Source: an uncultured Verrucomicrobiae bacterium (GTDB lineage Bacteria; Verrucomicrobiota; Verrucomicrobiia; Limisphaerales; Palsa-1400). From it: a DNA stretch of 64,000 nucleotides. Positions within the stretch are counted from its first letter, which is position 1. Every line of letters starts with the position of its first letter. Under the pieces are notes generated by a model. The model worked only from the letters and a program-made list of their open reading frames with translations. It made no database searches and was not told the origin of the DNA. Positions 30,911 through 41,000 of this stretch are shown piece after piece. A program made the position numbers and the translations under genes. The DNA lies in NCBI GenBank assembly GCA_963707025.1, contig CAVPOM010000003.1:96001-160000 (forward strand), in the 5' to 3' direction.

Positions 30911-33900
30911 TCAAGGCTCGACCAGACGGTAGAATACGTTGGAGTTGGCCGTGTTAATGTTGATGTTCTCGTTGGTGACGGCAGCCGAGCCGGCGATGTT
31001 GAACCAGTCGCTTGGGTTGGCCACATTGATCGAGTTGCTTTGCAGGATCCAGCCGAGATAGTTGGTCGGCCAGGTGAATTTCAGCACACTGCCGCTGAGA
31101 TTGAAGCTCATCGTTGGTGGCGTGGCGACCGAGACGTTTAGCAGCACTTGGGCGCCACTGACTGAGATGGTGCTTCTGTAAACCGAAGCCGAAGGGATGG
31201 CGGTCCCGGATACGGTGTAAGTGCCTGAACCGGCGACAGATCCGCTGGCTTGCTGGATCAGAACGTAACTGCCGGGGATCAACGCCGAACCATTTACGGT
31301 AAAGGCATTGCCGTTGAGCGACAAAGTGCCCGAGGAGATGGCGAGAACACGATGGGTGCCATCGTAATTCAAGGTTATCGGCCTTGAGCCGAGGCTGACC
31401 GTGCCCGTCCCCGCAATCGTTGCCGGGCTGGCGGTGCCGCTGGCGGTGAGCGAGGCGCTTGCGCCCAAGGTGTAAGAGGGCAGAGCGGTGACATTAAAAG
31501 TCGCTCCGGCGACGATGCTGACGCCGGAGGCGCTGCCCAGCGAACCGCCTGTCCCCAAGGCCAGCGTGCCATTGCTGATAACCGTGGCGCCGGTGTAACT
31601 GTTCGCAGCCGTGAGGGTCAGCGTGCCGGCCCCAATCTTGGTCAAGGTGCCGCCGGTGCTGGACAAGGGCGTGGCAAAGGTGACGTTCTGGCCGGCCGTG
31701 TCAATAACAATAGGCAGGTTCTGCGCGGTGCTGAAGCGGCCGGAGTAATCGTTTTGGTTCGCGGCGGAGTATTGCAGAATGCCGCCGCCAAAAACGATGG
31801 AACCAGGATTGGACGCAGGGGAAATGCCCAGTGGCCCGGAAGTTCCCGGGGTTTCGGGGGAACCCAGGGTGAGGATGCCGGCATTGATGGTGGTCGCGCC
31901 GTGGTAGAGGTTTTGGTCGGTGAGCGCCATCCGGCCCGCACCCGCCTTGATCAAGCCCCTGACGGAAGCACCGACGACGATGCCGCCGGCGTCAGCCAAA
32001 GGCACGGCGACCGTCAGGTCCGGACCGGCGGCGCCGGTGTTTGACACCGTGAAGGTGGTCTGGCCCGTGGCGGCGTTAATCCCCAGATTAAGGCCCGCGT
32101 TGGTCACATCCAGGGTGTTGGTGATGACGGAGGGGAAGGTGCCGCCAACGGTCACCGAACTGCCCAACTCGAAAGGCTCGTACTCCACCGTGGTCCCGGC
32201 CGGAGCAGGATAACAGAGCAGTTCGCCGCCCATGAGAGTGAGGGCGCCGATGCCCGCGTTGCCGACAGTAATTTGCATCACGCCGCCCTGGTTAATGATG
32301 AAAGCCAGTGCCGGAGTCGTGGTGCCATTGCCGAACTCATTGCCCTGAGGGGCGGCCGCGCCATCGAGAGAAAGAACGCCGTTGCTGTTGATCGTGACGG
32401 TGCGGCCGGCAGTTTGCGGATTGCCCAAGCCGCTCGCCGTCGGATTGGCCGCGTTCTCCTGGTTAAGGTCCGACACATAACTGTTGGTTATGGTGATATT
32501 GCCGGTGAAGGTATTGGCCGCGCTGAGGGTCAGGATGGCGCCGCTATTCGTTCCGCCTCCGTTGACGTTGAGCGCGCCGGCCCCGGAAATAACTCCCGAT
32601 AACGTCTGAGGCGCCCCGCTGTTGTAGTTGAACGTGCCGCTGTTGGCGATGGTGCCCGCATAAGCGCCGCTGCTCAATTGTCCGCCAGCCCCGATCGTCA
32701 GCGTGCCGCTGCTGACGGTGGTGTTGCCGCCGTAAGTATTGACGCCCGACAGCGTGGCGGTGCCGGTGCCCGCCATGGTCAATCCCCCGGTGTCCTGGAT
32801 GACCGCAGGGATGGTCGTATTGGATGGGCCGGTCATGGAGAGCACATAGCCGCCGTTGTCTATCAGTTGCTCAAAGACAAGGTTGCCGGCGGCCGCGTTA
32901 ATGGTCGCCGGTGCGAAAAGGGCGACCGCCAGGTTGAACGTTTCCGTCTGGGCCGAGTTGTTGGTGATGCCGCCGGTGATCCCCAGGTTGTTGCCACTGG
33001 AGCCGAGGGTGAAACTCCCGGCCGTACTGTCGAACAACAGTCCCACGACGGTGTAGCCCAGATCCATCAGCGGCGACGGCCGTGTCAGGCCGGCAAAAGT
33101 GACCGTGTCCCCGGTTTGAGCAGGCGCCAGGTTCCCAAGCCAGTTGGCATTGTCGCTCCAATTGTTGTCGGTGGAGGACAGGCCGGTCCAGTAGCGGCCG
33201 GGCAGAACGGTGAACGAAATGGTGGCCACACCCACCTCGCCGGCGGCGTCCGTAATCAGCGCTGTCAAGGTCTGGGCGCCTGGAGTGAAGCCGTTGAGGA
33301 TGGTGATGGTGTTGGTGTAAACATTGGGCGTGCCCGTTGCCGTCATGGGCACGGCCGACAACCCGCCTATCGCGCTTTCATTCAAAACCACGCTGGAGAT
33401 GGCCGGGTTGCCGCCGGGAGTGACGGTGACGGTGACCAGCGCGCTTCCGTTCTCATACAGGTTGGTCGGGCTGATGGAACCGACGCCGATGGGCGGCAAG
33501 CTTGAGGCGAGGTAAGAATGGAGCAAAACTTGCGTGGCGTTGGTAATAATGTTGAAGTTGGCTGCATTGGCCGGTTTGACATCCCAAACCGGCGTGCTGC
33601 CGGGGTTGCCGGTGATGCCGCCGGTCACGCTGAAGAGCACGTAATCGGCCGAGGTGTCCAAATTCGCCGCGGCGCTTGGGGCGGAGATATGAATGGGGTT
33701 GCCATTGAGCGCCAAGCCGCCGCCGACAGTGAACAGACCGTTGCTTTGATTGTGGGCGGTGCCCAGACACATGTAGGCCGCGACGCCCGAGCCCAAGGTC
33801 AGGGCATTGTTAAAGGTGTTGGTGGCATAGTTGGTGGGATAGGCGGCGGCCAAGCCGGCATAAACCTTGCAACCCGGGCCGGCGGTAAAGGGGCCGTTGT

Positions 33901-36900
33901 TGGTGCCGCTGCCAAACTCGGTCTGGCCGCTCAGAGTGTAGGCGGTGGCCGACAAGTCCAAGGTCGCTCCGGCGGCCACGGTAATGGTGGGGCTGGTCAA
34001 CCGTGCAGGGTTCAGGCTGTCGTTCAGCGCCAGTGTGCCGTTGCTGATGGTCGTCGTGCCCGACCAACTGTTGGTTCCGCTCAAAGTAAGCGTGCCGCCG
34101 CCGGTCTTGACCAAGCTGCCGACGCCGCCGATGCCGCCGCTCAGCCCAATGTTATACGGCACACCATTGGGATCAGCCGCCTGGATGGTGAAGGTGGTGG
34201 CCGTGGGCAGGAGGAAGCCAGTGCCCGAGCCGTTGGCCGTGACCGAACTGGACCAATTGCTGAGCGCGCCCAAAAGCCCGCTTTCCAGGGAGATCGTGGG
34301 CAAATAAGTCCCGGTCAGGCTGGCTGGATTGATGCCGCCGCCGCCCACATACAACGTGGAATTGGTAATGAACATGAATCCCTGTCCGGCGGCGGTATCG
34401 CCACTGGTGCCAAAGTTGATCAACTGCACATAATTGCTGCCGCCCGAAAAAACCACTTCGGCGTCGTTCGCCACAGCGGCGCTATTGGCGATGACCAGGC
34501 CGTTGACCGTGTCCAGATTGGTGAAGTGGCCTCCGTTGAGCTGCAGGATGGTCCAGCGCCCGGTTGTCCCCTGGCTCCCCACCAACACCTCATTGGTCAC
34601 CGTCATGCTGCCCGCATCCATCCGAAGGGAGGTGGAAGAATTGGCCCCGTTTGCGCCGCCCACCGACAACTGGCCCAAATAGACTTGGGCCGGAGAGAGG
34701 GTGTTGGTTGAATTAATATAAAGGCCGACGGTGGTCAATGCCGCCGTGGGCGTCGTCGCGGTCGGTCCCGCGTAGTTATTATCGCGCCCCAGGAGAATCT
34801 CGGACGAGGTGAAGCTGCCGCCGGTGATCTCGATCAGCATGCCATCATTGTTGGCTTGTGTTATTTCACCAACATTGACCGTGCCGGCGGTTTGCAGAAA
34901 GGCGTTGGCGACCTGGCCCAGTATGTTGACTGTAGTGGAGGCGTTGGTCAGCAACCCGCCGTTGACCAGATAGCCCTGGCCCGCCAGCGTGCCGACGTTG
35001 AGGACGCCGCCATTGGAAATGGCCAGCGTGCCGGCGTTCACCGTGGTCAGGCCCGTCCAGTAATTGGAGCCGGTCAAGGTCAGCGTGCCGGATCCGTTCT
35101 TGATGAAGGGAGCGCCCAAGCCGGTGTCCGTCATGCCGCCGGAGTAGATGGCGTTTTGGTTGTTGCCGCCCACGCTCAAGGTGACCGGCAGGCTGCTCGC
35201 GTTGAGCAAGGGGAGGTTCGCCGAGCCGCTCAGTTGGCCAATCGAGGCCGTGGTCATGCTGGTGTCGAAGACCAGGACCCCTCCGCCGGTGTTGTAAACC
35301 AAAGTGCTGCCGGCCAGGGATTCGTTGTCCGTCGTAGTCGCCGAGTTGGCATTGCCCAAAAGCTGCAGAATGCCGTTGGCAACGGCCGTGGTGCCGTTAA
35401 AAGTTCCAGGGCCTTCCAGGAACACCGTGCCGGTGCTGCCCGGGAAGCTGTTCACGATGAGATTGTTTTGGCCCAAGTTGCCAGCGGAGGCGATGAGACC
35501 TTGCACGGTCAGGGACGACGCGCTGATGGCGTCCAGATAGGCATTGGTGCCGACACTTCCCGATGGCAACCCGATGGAGAAGTTGCGGTTGAGGGCGGTG
35601 ACCACGGTGCCGCTGCCCTGCAAATCGCCGCCGTTCAAGACCAGCGGCGCTACCGCGCCGAGATTATTGTCCGCGATAATGCTGATGGCGCCCGCTTTGA
35701 TGGTGGTGCCGCCGGTGTAAGTGTTGACCTCGAGCAAACCCAGGGTGCCGCTGCCCACCTTTGTCAATGTGCCGCCGTCACTAATGACACCACTGAGCGA
35801 CAGACCGTTGGCCTGGGTGTCCACCGTGCCGGTCACGCCTGGTGCAATATCAAAGTTGTTGAGCAAGTTCGCCGACGCCCCCACCTGGAGGGTGCTGTTG
35901 GCCGCAAAGCTCACATCCCCCGCTCCCAGCGCGGTGTCACTGCCGACCTGCAAGATGGCGCCGTTGCCCAATATGGTGCCGAAGGTGCCCGCTGCGGGAC
36001 CGTAGGTGTTGACGCCCGACAACGCCAGGGTGCCTCCCCCGGTCAAGGCCAGCGCCTCGGGGGTGCTGGCGGCGTTGGCAATGCCGCCGGAAATGGCGAG
36101 CAAATTGCCGGTGCTGATCGTCGCGGTCAGGTTGTCGCTCAGCGATATTGGCGCTTGAACCGTGTTGGCGCTGCCGCCGCTCACATTCACCCTGGCTCCG
36201 CCGCCCTCGTTATCCAGCGTCAAAGTGTGCCCGCCGTCGGCAATGACAAAGGAGCTGTTGTTGGTGAACGCCAGGACACCGATGGTTTCGGGCGCATCCA
36301 AAGTAACGGTTCGTTGCGCCGTTTCGATCCCAAAGATGGCCTCGCTGCCGCGAGTATCAGGGACGGCGCTATTGAACCAGTTGGCGGAACCCGACCAGTT
36401 GCCACTGGCGTCCACGTCCCAGAGTCCCACCGTCACGGCCGGATCAATCGCTATCGTCAAGGTTAAATAGCCGCCGCTGGCGCCAAACGAATACTCGGCG
36501 CCCGCTTGTTGATTGCCGATATGGGGGTTAAAGGCGCTGACCGTCGTCCAGGTGCTGTCCAAGCCCGTGCCGCCGATGGCGCCGCTGTATTGGACGAGGT
36601 TGTAGGTGCCGGGCGTGCTGTAGCCGAACGGGCTGCCCGCCTGGAAAAGGTTGAAGGCCCCGCCACTGAGGGTCAAGCCGCCCGAGGAGGTGACGGTGAT
36701 TTGAGTGTTGGCCGCGCCGTTGAATTCAAGATTGAAGTTGGCCCCCGGGTTGATGAAAGTCCCGCTTGGACCGATCGTCACCGCTCCTACGGCCAGCGTG
36801 CCCGTGCCGCTGGGGTTGCCGGGGTTGACATTGCCGCCGGCGCTGACCGCCAGGCTGCCGGCCAACGATCCAGGGCCGGACAAATTGGCGCCGTTCTGCA

Positions 36901-39900
36901 CCGCCACCGGTCCCGAACCCGTGGCGGAACCGCTGGTATTGTTGACGACTAAAGTGGCGCCGCTGCCAATGATCGTGCCGCCCGCGTAGGTGCTGGCCGC
37001 CGACAAAGTCAACGTCCCGTTGGTCACCGTCAATGTCCCGCTGCCGCCAATCGGACTGGCCAGGGTCACGTTGTTCCGATTCAAGTCCAAAGTGCCGCCG
37101 CCCGGACCCACCACCAGCCCCTGGGCGGAAACATCCAGGGTGTTGCCGGAAGCCCACTGCAGCGTGCCGCCGTTCAAGGTAACGGGCCCCGTGCCCAAGG
37201 TGCCGGGGGCGAAGTTTAAGATGCCGCTATAGAGCACCGTGCCGCCAGAGTAAGAATTGGCGCCGGTCAGGACCACCGTGCCAATGGCGTTGGTCGCCGG
37301 GTTTGGGGTGTTGGCGCCCGTGCCGGGAACCAGCCCCAAAACATTCCCGTTGGCCGTGGAGGCCGGGATGCCGATGAACAACGGGCCTGTCCCCGCGCTG
37401 CCGCTGATGACGCCGTCCACCGTGAATGTCTTGTTGCTGACGGCCGCCAAGCCGCCCCCGTTGAACCCGAGGGCAAAGGGGCGCTTGTTCGCACCGGCGT
37501 TATCCATCGCAAAGGTGGCTCCGGCCAGCACGGTGCCGCCATTCAAATTGATCGTGGCAGCGCCGGAGGCGGCCCCAAAAACCGAAGAGTTGATGATATC
37601 CGATACTCCACCGTTCAAGTAGGTCTGTCCGGTGTAAGAGGTGGCCAGATTGTATATGACCGTGCCGGGACCTGACTGCACGAATTGATCCGGCGCCGTG
37701 CTGGTATCGGTAATCGTCTCATTGAAGATCAACAATCCGTTGGTGTTATTCTGCCAAAAGACCAGCGCGCGATTGGCCCCATTGCGGTTGGCCTCCATGC
37801 TGTTGTTGCCCGTAATGATGATATTATTGCTGCTCACGTCCGGAGTGACCAGAACGCCCGCCCCATCCACGATGCTGGTCAAGGTGTAGGTAATGGCGGC
37901 GGCGGTGTTGAAGCGCAGGCTCATTTGTGAGGCCGTATTATGCGAACTGGCGTTGCCGGTGATGTCGAGGTTTAAGCCGGTTTGAGTTACACCGCCGGCA
38001 GCGAAGGGCGTGTAGAACCCTGTAATCTGGCTGCCGCCCACGATCGTGGCAGGACCGCCGCCGGTTGTGGCCGCCCAATCGTACGCGCCGACGGTGGCGA
38101 AACCGCTGGAGGTTGTCGGGCCATTCAGCAGACCACCCCCAAATCCGTTTTGTCCTCCCGCCGTGAGCGTTGTAATGGTGCCCGTCGCGGCCACGGGATT
38201 ACCGCCCGCGCCGATGGTGGCAGGGCCATTGAAGACCACTGTTCCGCCCAGACTTTCAGTCATGTTGTTAAGATCCAGCTCCGGGGATTGGGGACCGGAA
38301 ACCGTGATTGTGGAATTGCCGGCGTTAAACACAGTGCTGGCGACGGCCTGGTCGTTAAACGCAGCGGCGTTGCCAATGACATTCAACGTGCCGCCCCCCA
38401 GGGTCAGAGCCGAACTGGAGGAAATGATATTATCGGCCGCGCCGCCCGTGTAATCCAGGTTCACCGTCCCGGCGTTGACGACGGTGGCGCCGGTGTAAGT
38501 TTGATTATTGGTGAGGGTCAGACTGGCGGCGCCTTCCTTGGTCAGACCGGTGGCGCCTCCGATGACCCCACTGCCGCCAATCGCATAACTGGTCACGTTG
38601 TTGTTGACCAGGACATTAGTCGGGTTGACCGTCGCGCTCACCGTCACGGTGATGGCGGTGGCGCCGTTGGCGGCGTCCGCAAAAACCGCGAATTCACCGT
38701 TCGCATACGTGGCGGCCGCTCCATCGAACCAGTTGGGGGTGGTGGTGTCCCAGATGCCCGAACCGGTTGCCCACGTCACTTGGTTGCCTTTGCCGGTAGC
38801 CAACAGCAGGTCAATGGAATTGTTGGCTGTGTTGTTCAAGATGGTGCCGGTCACCCCCAAGGTGGTTATGGTCAAGTTGGCCGTGGTCGGCGCCGCGCCC
38901 GAAAGTGCCCCGGTATATTTGATGAGCGGGTAATCGCCGGCGGGAATCGCCACGTTGCCGGAAATGATGACGTTGGGTGTGCCGGTAAAAGGCAGGGGGC
39001 CGTTGACCTGGAGCGGAGCGGCCGTGGTGCTGGGGCTTTGGGAGAAATTGAAAATCGTGTAAGCCGTGCCCGAAATGTAGGTCAAGCCGGCACAAGTCCA
39101 CTGCCCGCCTGTGGTGGTCACATTGACGGCGTTGGTCGCTCCGGCCGCCACCGTGACGGCGCCCACACTGGAACTGCCGGTGGCCACGATGAGTTCGCCG
39201 GCATTGACGGCAGTTGGCCCGGTGTAGGTATCGTTTCCCGAAACCGTCAGCGTGCCTGTGCCATTTTGGTTCAGCGCGCCCGTCCCGGAAACCGCACCCG
39301 AAATGGTCGCGGCGGCTGCGCTGTTGACCGTGATCGTGCCATTGTTGGTCACTGTTCCCAACAAGGTCTGCGCGGCCAGGCCATTGAGGTTGATGGCTGC
39401 GCCGACCGCGTTGGTAATCGCGCCCAACAAGGTCTGTGCGTTGGCGCCGGTGAAATTGAAGATGCCGCTATTGGTAATGGCGCCGGCGTAGGCCCCGGAG
39501 TTCAACTCGCCGGTGGGGCCGATGGTCAGCGTGCCGGCGATGCCCTGGATGGCGCCGGTGAAAGTGTTGGTGCCGTTGAGCGTGAGCGTGCCCAGGCCGG
39601 TCTGGGAGATGGCTTGCGCCCCGGAAATGGGATAATTGATGACCAGGTTGCCGGCGGCCAGGCTGACATTGAAACTGTGGGTGGCGCCCAGGGCGATGGG
39701 CAGATTGATCGTTTCCACCGATGTGGCGTTGTCCGTCAGCCCGGACCCCGGGGTGATCCCGACGCCATAGAGCACGAACGGCCCGGCGCCGGTGCTGAAG
39801 GTGATGCCGTTGAAAATGAGTTGCGCCACGGTGTTGGTGTAGTTGTTGGTGGTGTTGAGCTGGGTCGAGCCGGAAAAGGTGAGCGTGGCGTTGGTGGCCG

Positions 39901-40057
39901 GCGTAGCCACCGGCGACCAGTTGTTGGCGTTGGTCCAATTGCCGTCACCGCTCCCCAACCCGGTCCAGGTTTGGGCAAAGGCGGCGCTGCCGGCCAGCAA
40001 CACGCAGAAGGCGACAAAGATGTGAAGGCGACGCAGAGTATGGACGATGATTTTCAT
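30911..40057 (-). CDS. Giant secreted protein with autotransporter-associated beta-strand (PATR) repeats
   Basis: 3048 aa; signal peptide; many LTK.G.GTLTL...N.Y.G.T.V..G.L repeats; ends WP..YLGWILQ...VFYRLVEP; no recognisable beta-barrel. Confidence 0.9.
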   Translation of the reverse strand: MKIIVHTLRRLHIFVAFCVLLAGSAAFAQTWTGLGSGDGNWTNANNWSPVATPATNATLTFSGSTQLNTTNNYTNTVAQLIFNGITFSTGAGPFVLYGVGITPGSGLTDNATSVETINLPIALGATHSFNVSLAAGNLVINYPISGAQAISQTGLGTLTLNGTNTFTGAIQGIAGTLTIGPTGELNSGAYAGAITNSGIFNFTGANAQTLLGAITNAVGAAINLNGLAAQTLLGTVTNNGTITVNSAAAATISGAVSGTGALNQNGTGTLTVSGNDTYTGPTAVNAGELIVATGSSSVGAVTVAAGATNAVNVTTTGGQWTCAGLTYISGTAYTIFNFSQSPSTTAAPLQVNGPLPFTGTPNVIISGNVAIPAGDYPLIKYTGALSGAAPTTANLTITTLGVTGTILNNTANNSIDLLLATGKGNQVTWATGSGIWDTTTPNWFDGAAATYANGEFAVFADAANGATAITVTVSATVNPTNVLVNNNVTSYAIGGSGVIGGATGLTKEGAASLTLTNNQTYTGATVVNAGTVNLDYTGGAADNIISSSSALTLGGGTLNVIGNAAAFNDQAVASTVFNAGNSTITVSGPQSPELDLNNMTESLGGTVVFNGPATIGAGGNPVAATGTITTLTAGGQNGFGGGLLNGPTTSSGFATVGAYDWAATTGGGPATIVGGSQITGFYTPFAAGGVTQTGLNLDITGNASSHNTASQMSLRFNTAAAITYTLTSIVDGAGVLVTPDVSSNNIIITGNNSMEANRNGANRALVFWQNNTNGLLIFNETITDTSTAPDQFVQSGPGTVIYNLATSYTGQTYLNGGVSDIINSSVFGAASGAATINLNGGTVLAGATFAMDNAGANKRPFALGFNGGGLAAVSNKTFTVDGVISGSAGTGPLFIGIPASTANGNVLGLVPGTGANTPNPATNAIGTVVLTGANSYSGGTVLYSGILNFAPGTLGTGPVTLNGGTLQWASGNTLDVSAQGLVVGPGGGTLDLNRNNVTLASPIGGSGTLTVTNGTLTLSAASTYAGGTIIGSGATLVVNNTSGSATGSGPVAVQNGANLSGPGSLAGSLAVSAGGNVNPGNPSGTGTLAVGAVTIGPSGTFINPGANFNLEFNGAANTQITVTSSGGLTLSGGAFNLFQAGSPFGYSTPGTYNLVQYSGAIGGTGLDSTWTTVSAFNPHIGNQQAGAEYSFGASGGYLTLTIAIDPAVTVGLWDVDASGNWSGSANWFNSAVPDTRGSEAIFGIETAQRTVTLDAPETIGVLAFTNNSSFVIADGGHTLTLDNEGGGARVNVSGGSANTVQAPISLSDNLTATISTGNLLAISGGIANAASTPEALALTGGGTLALSGVNTYGPAAGTFGTILGNGAILQVGSDTALGAGDVSFAANSTLQVGASANLLNNFDIAPGVTGTVDTQANGLSLSGVISDGGTLTKVGSGTLGLLEVNTYTGGTTIKAGAISIIADNNLGAVAPLVLNGGDLQGSGTVVTALNRNFSIGLPSGSVGTNAYLDAISASSLTVQGLIASAGNLGQNNLIVNSFPGSTGTVFLEGPGTFNGTTAVANGILQLLGNANSATTTDNESLAGSTLVYNTGGGVLVFDTSMTTASIGQLSGSANLPLLNASSLPVTLSVGGNNQNAIYSGGMTDTGLGAPFIKNGSGTLTLTGSNYWTGLTTVNAGTLAISNGGVLNVGTLAGQGYLVNGGLLTNASTTVNILGQVANAFLQTAGTVNVGEITQANNDGMLIEITGGSFTSSEILLGRDNNYAGPTATTPTAALTTVGLYINSTNTLSPAQVYLGQLSVGGANGANSSTSLRMDAGSMTVTNEVLVGSQGTTGRWTILQLNGGHFTNLDTVNGLVIANSAAVANDAEVVFSGGSNYVQLINFGTSGDTAAGQGFMFITNSTLYVGGGGINPASLTGTYLPTISLESGLLGALSNWSSSVTANGSGTGFLLPTATTFTIQAADPNGVPYNIGLSGGIGGVGSLVKTGGGTLTLSGTNSWSGTTTISNGTLALNDSLNPARLTSPTITVAAGATLDLSATAYTLSGQTEFGSGTNNGPFTAGPGCKVYAGLAAAYPTNYATNTFNNALTLGSGVAAYMCLGTAHNQSNGLFTVGGGLALNGNPIHISAPSAAANLDTSADYVLFSVTGGITGNPGSTPVWDVKPANAANFNIITNATQVLLHSYLASSLPPIGVGSISPTNLYENGSALVTVTVTPGGNPAISSVVLNESAIGGLSAVPMTATGTPNVYTNTITILNGFTPGAQTLTALITDAAGEVGVATISFTVLPGRYWTGLSSTDNNWSDNANWLGNLAPAQTGDTVTFAGLTRPSPLMDLGYTVVGLLFDSTAGSFTLGSSGNNLGITGGITNNSAQTETFNLAVALFAPATINAAAGNLVFEQLIDNGGYVLSMTGPSNTTIPAVIQDTGGLTMAGTGTATLSGVNTYGGNTTVSSGTLTIGAGGQLSSGAYAGTIANSGTFNYNSGAPQTLSGVISGAGALNVNGGGTNSGAILTLSAANTFTGNITITNSYVSDLNQENAANPTASGLGNPQTAGRTVTINSNGVLSLDGAAAPQGNEFGNGTTTPALAFIINQGGVMQITVGNAGIGALTLMGGELLCYPAPAGTTVEYEPFELGSSVTVGGTFPSVITNTLDVTNAGLNLGINAATGQTTFTVSNTGAAGPDLTVAVPLADAGGIVVGASVRGLIKAGAGRMALTDQNLYHGATTINAGILTLGSPETPGTSGPLGISPASNPGSIVFGGGILQYSAANQNDYSGRFSTAQNLPIVIDTAGQNVTFATPLSSTGGTLTKIGAGTLTLTAANSYTGATVISNGTLALGTGGSLGSASGVSIVAGATFNVTALPSYTLGASASLTASGTASPATIAGTGTVSLGSRPITLNYDGTHRVLAISSGTLSLNGNAFTVNGSALIPGSYVLIQQASGSVAGSGTYTVSGTAIPSASVYRSTISVSGAQVLLNVSVATPPTMSFNLSGSVLKFTWPTNYLGWILQSNSINVANPSDWFNIAGSAAVTNENININTANSNVFYRLVEP

Positions 40058-40316
40058 GGCTGGTTTATGGCTGTTTCTGGGTTTTCGGGCAAGAACCGGC
40101 GGCTGGCTTCGAGTGGCGGGAATGTGCCGGCTTTTCATAATACTGCTTTCGTTCGGTTTGCCACGCTCCGGCATGTCCCCGTTAGGCGACACAGACACAA
40201 CCGGCGGAATGATACATTCCGGCGCGTGGGCAAGAGTTATAGCCGGGATTATCCCCTAAATGACCGGGCTTGGCTATCGCCAATTCTGGCGACGCCAGAA
40301 TGAGCGGCACTAATCG

Positions 40317-40985
40317 TCAATTCAACCCGGCAGGAGGCGCGGCTGCGGCCGGCCGCCGACTTTGCCCCAGGTGCTTGGCCACCGCCTCCGTGCGCGAGCG
40401 GACGTGGAGTTTCTCGTAGATGTGCCGGATATGGGTGTGGACCGTGGCGTAAGTCAGCCGCATGAGGTCGGCGATTTCCTTGTAAAGGTAGCCCTTGGCC
40501 AGCAAATCCAGGACTTGCGCCTCGCGGGGGGACAAATTCTGGCCTTCCGACTCGTCCGCCCCCGGCTGCTGAAAGGATTGGACGATCTTGCGCGCAATGT
40601 GGCTGCTCATGGGCGAGCCTCCCTCATGCGCGTTGCGGATGGCCGCGAGCAACTCCGCCGGCGGCGTCTGCTTGAGCATGTATCCAGTGGCCCCGGCGGC
40701 CAGGGCGTTAAAGATGTTTTCGGTGTTCTGATAGACCGTGAGCATAATCACCTGGGTGGCCGCCGCCAGCGGCTTGAGTCGCCGCACGCATTCCACCCCG
40801 TTCAGACCCGGCAGGTTGATGTCCATCAGGGTCACATCCGGGCAGATCCGGGGAATCTCCTGCAAAGCGTTCTCGGCGGTGGCGTGCTGGCTGACACAAC
40901 AGTAGCCCGGCGAACTGTCAATCAACCGGGCCAGCGTTCCCCGCACCTCGGCGTCGTCCTCAACTATCGAAACAGAAATGCTCAT
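40317..40985 (-). CDS. NarL/LuxR family response regulator
   Basis: IVEDD, LMDINLP receiver; LSPRE.QVL.LLAKG..YKEIA..HIRHIYEKLHV HTH. Confidence 0.95.
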   Translation of the reverse strand: MSISVSIVEDDAEVRGTLARLIDSSPGYCCVSQHATAENALQEIPRICPDVTLMDINLPGLNGVECVRRLKPLAAATQVIMLTVYQNTENIFNALAAGATGYMLKQTPPAELLAAIRNAHEGGSPMSSHIARKIVQSFQQPGADESEGQNLSPREAQVLDLLAKGYLYKEIADLMRLTYATVHTHIRHIYEKLHVRSRTEAVAKHLGQSRRPAAAAPPAGLN

Positions 40986-41000
40986 GGAGTGCCGGCCACT

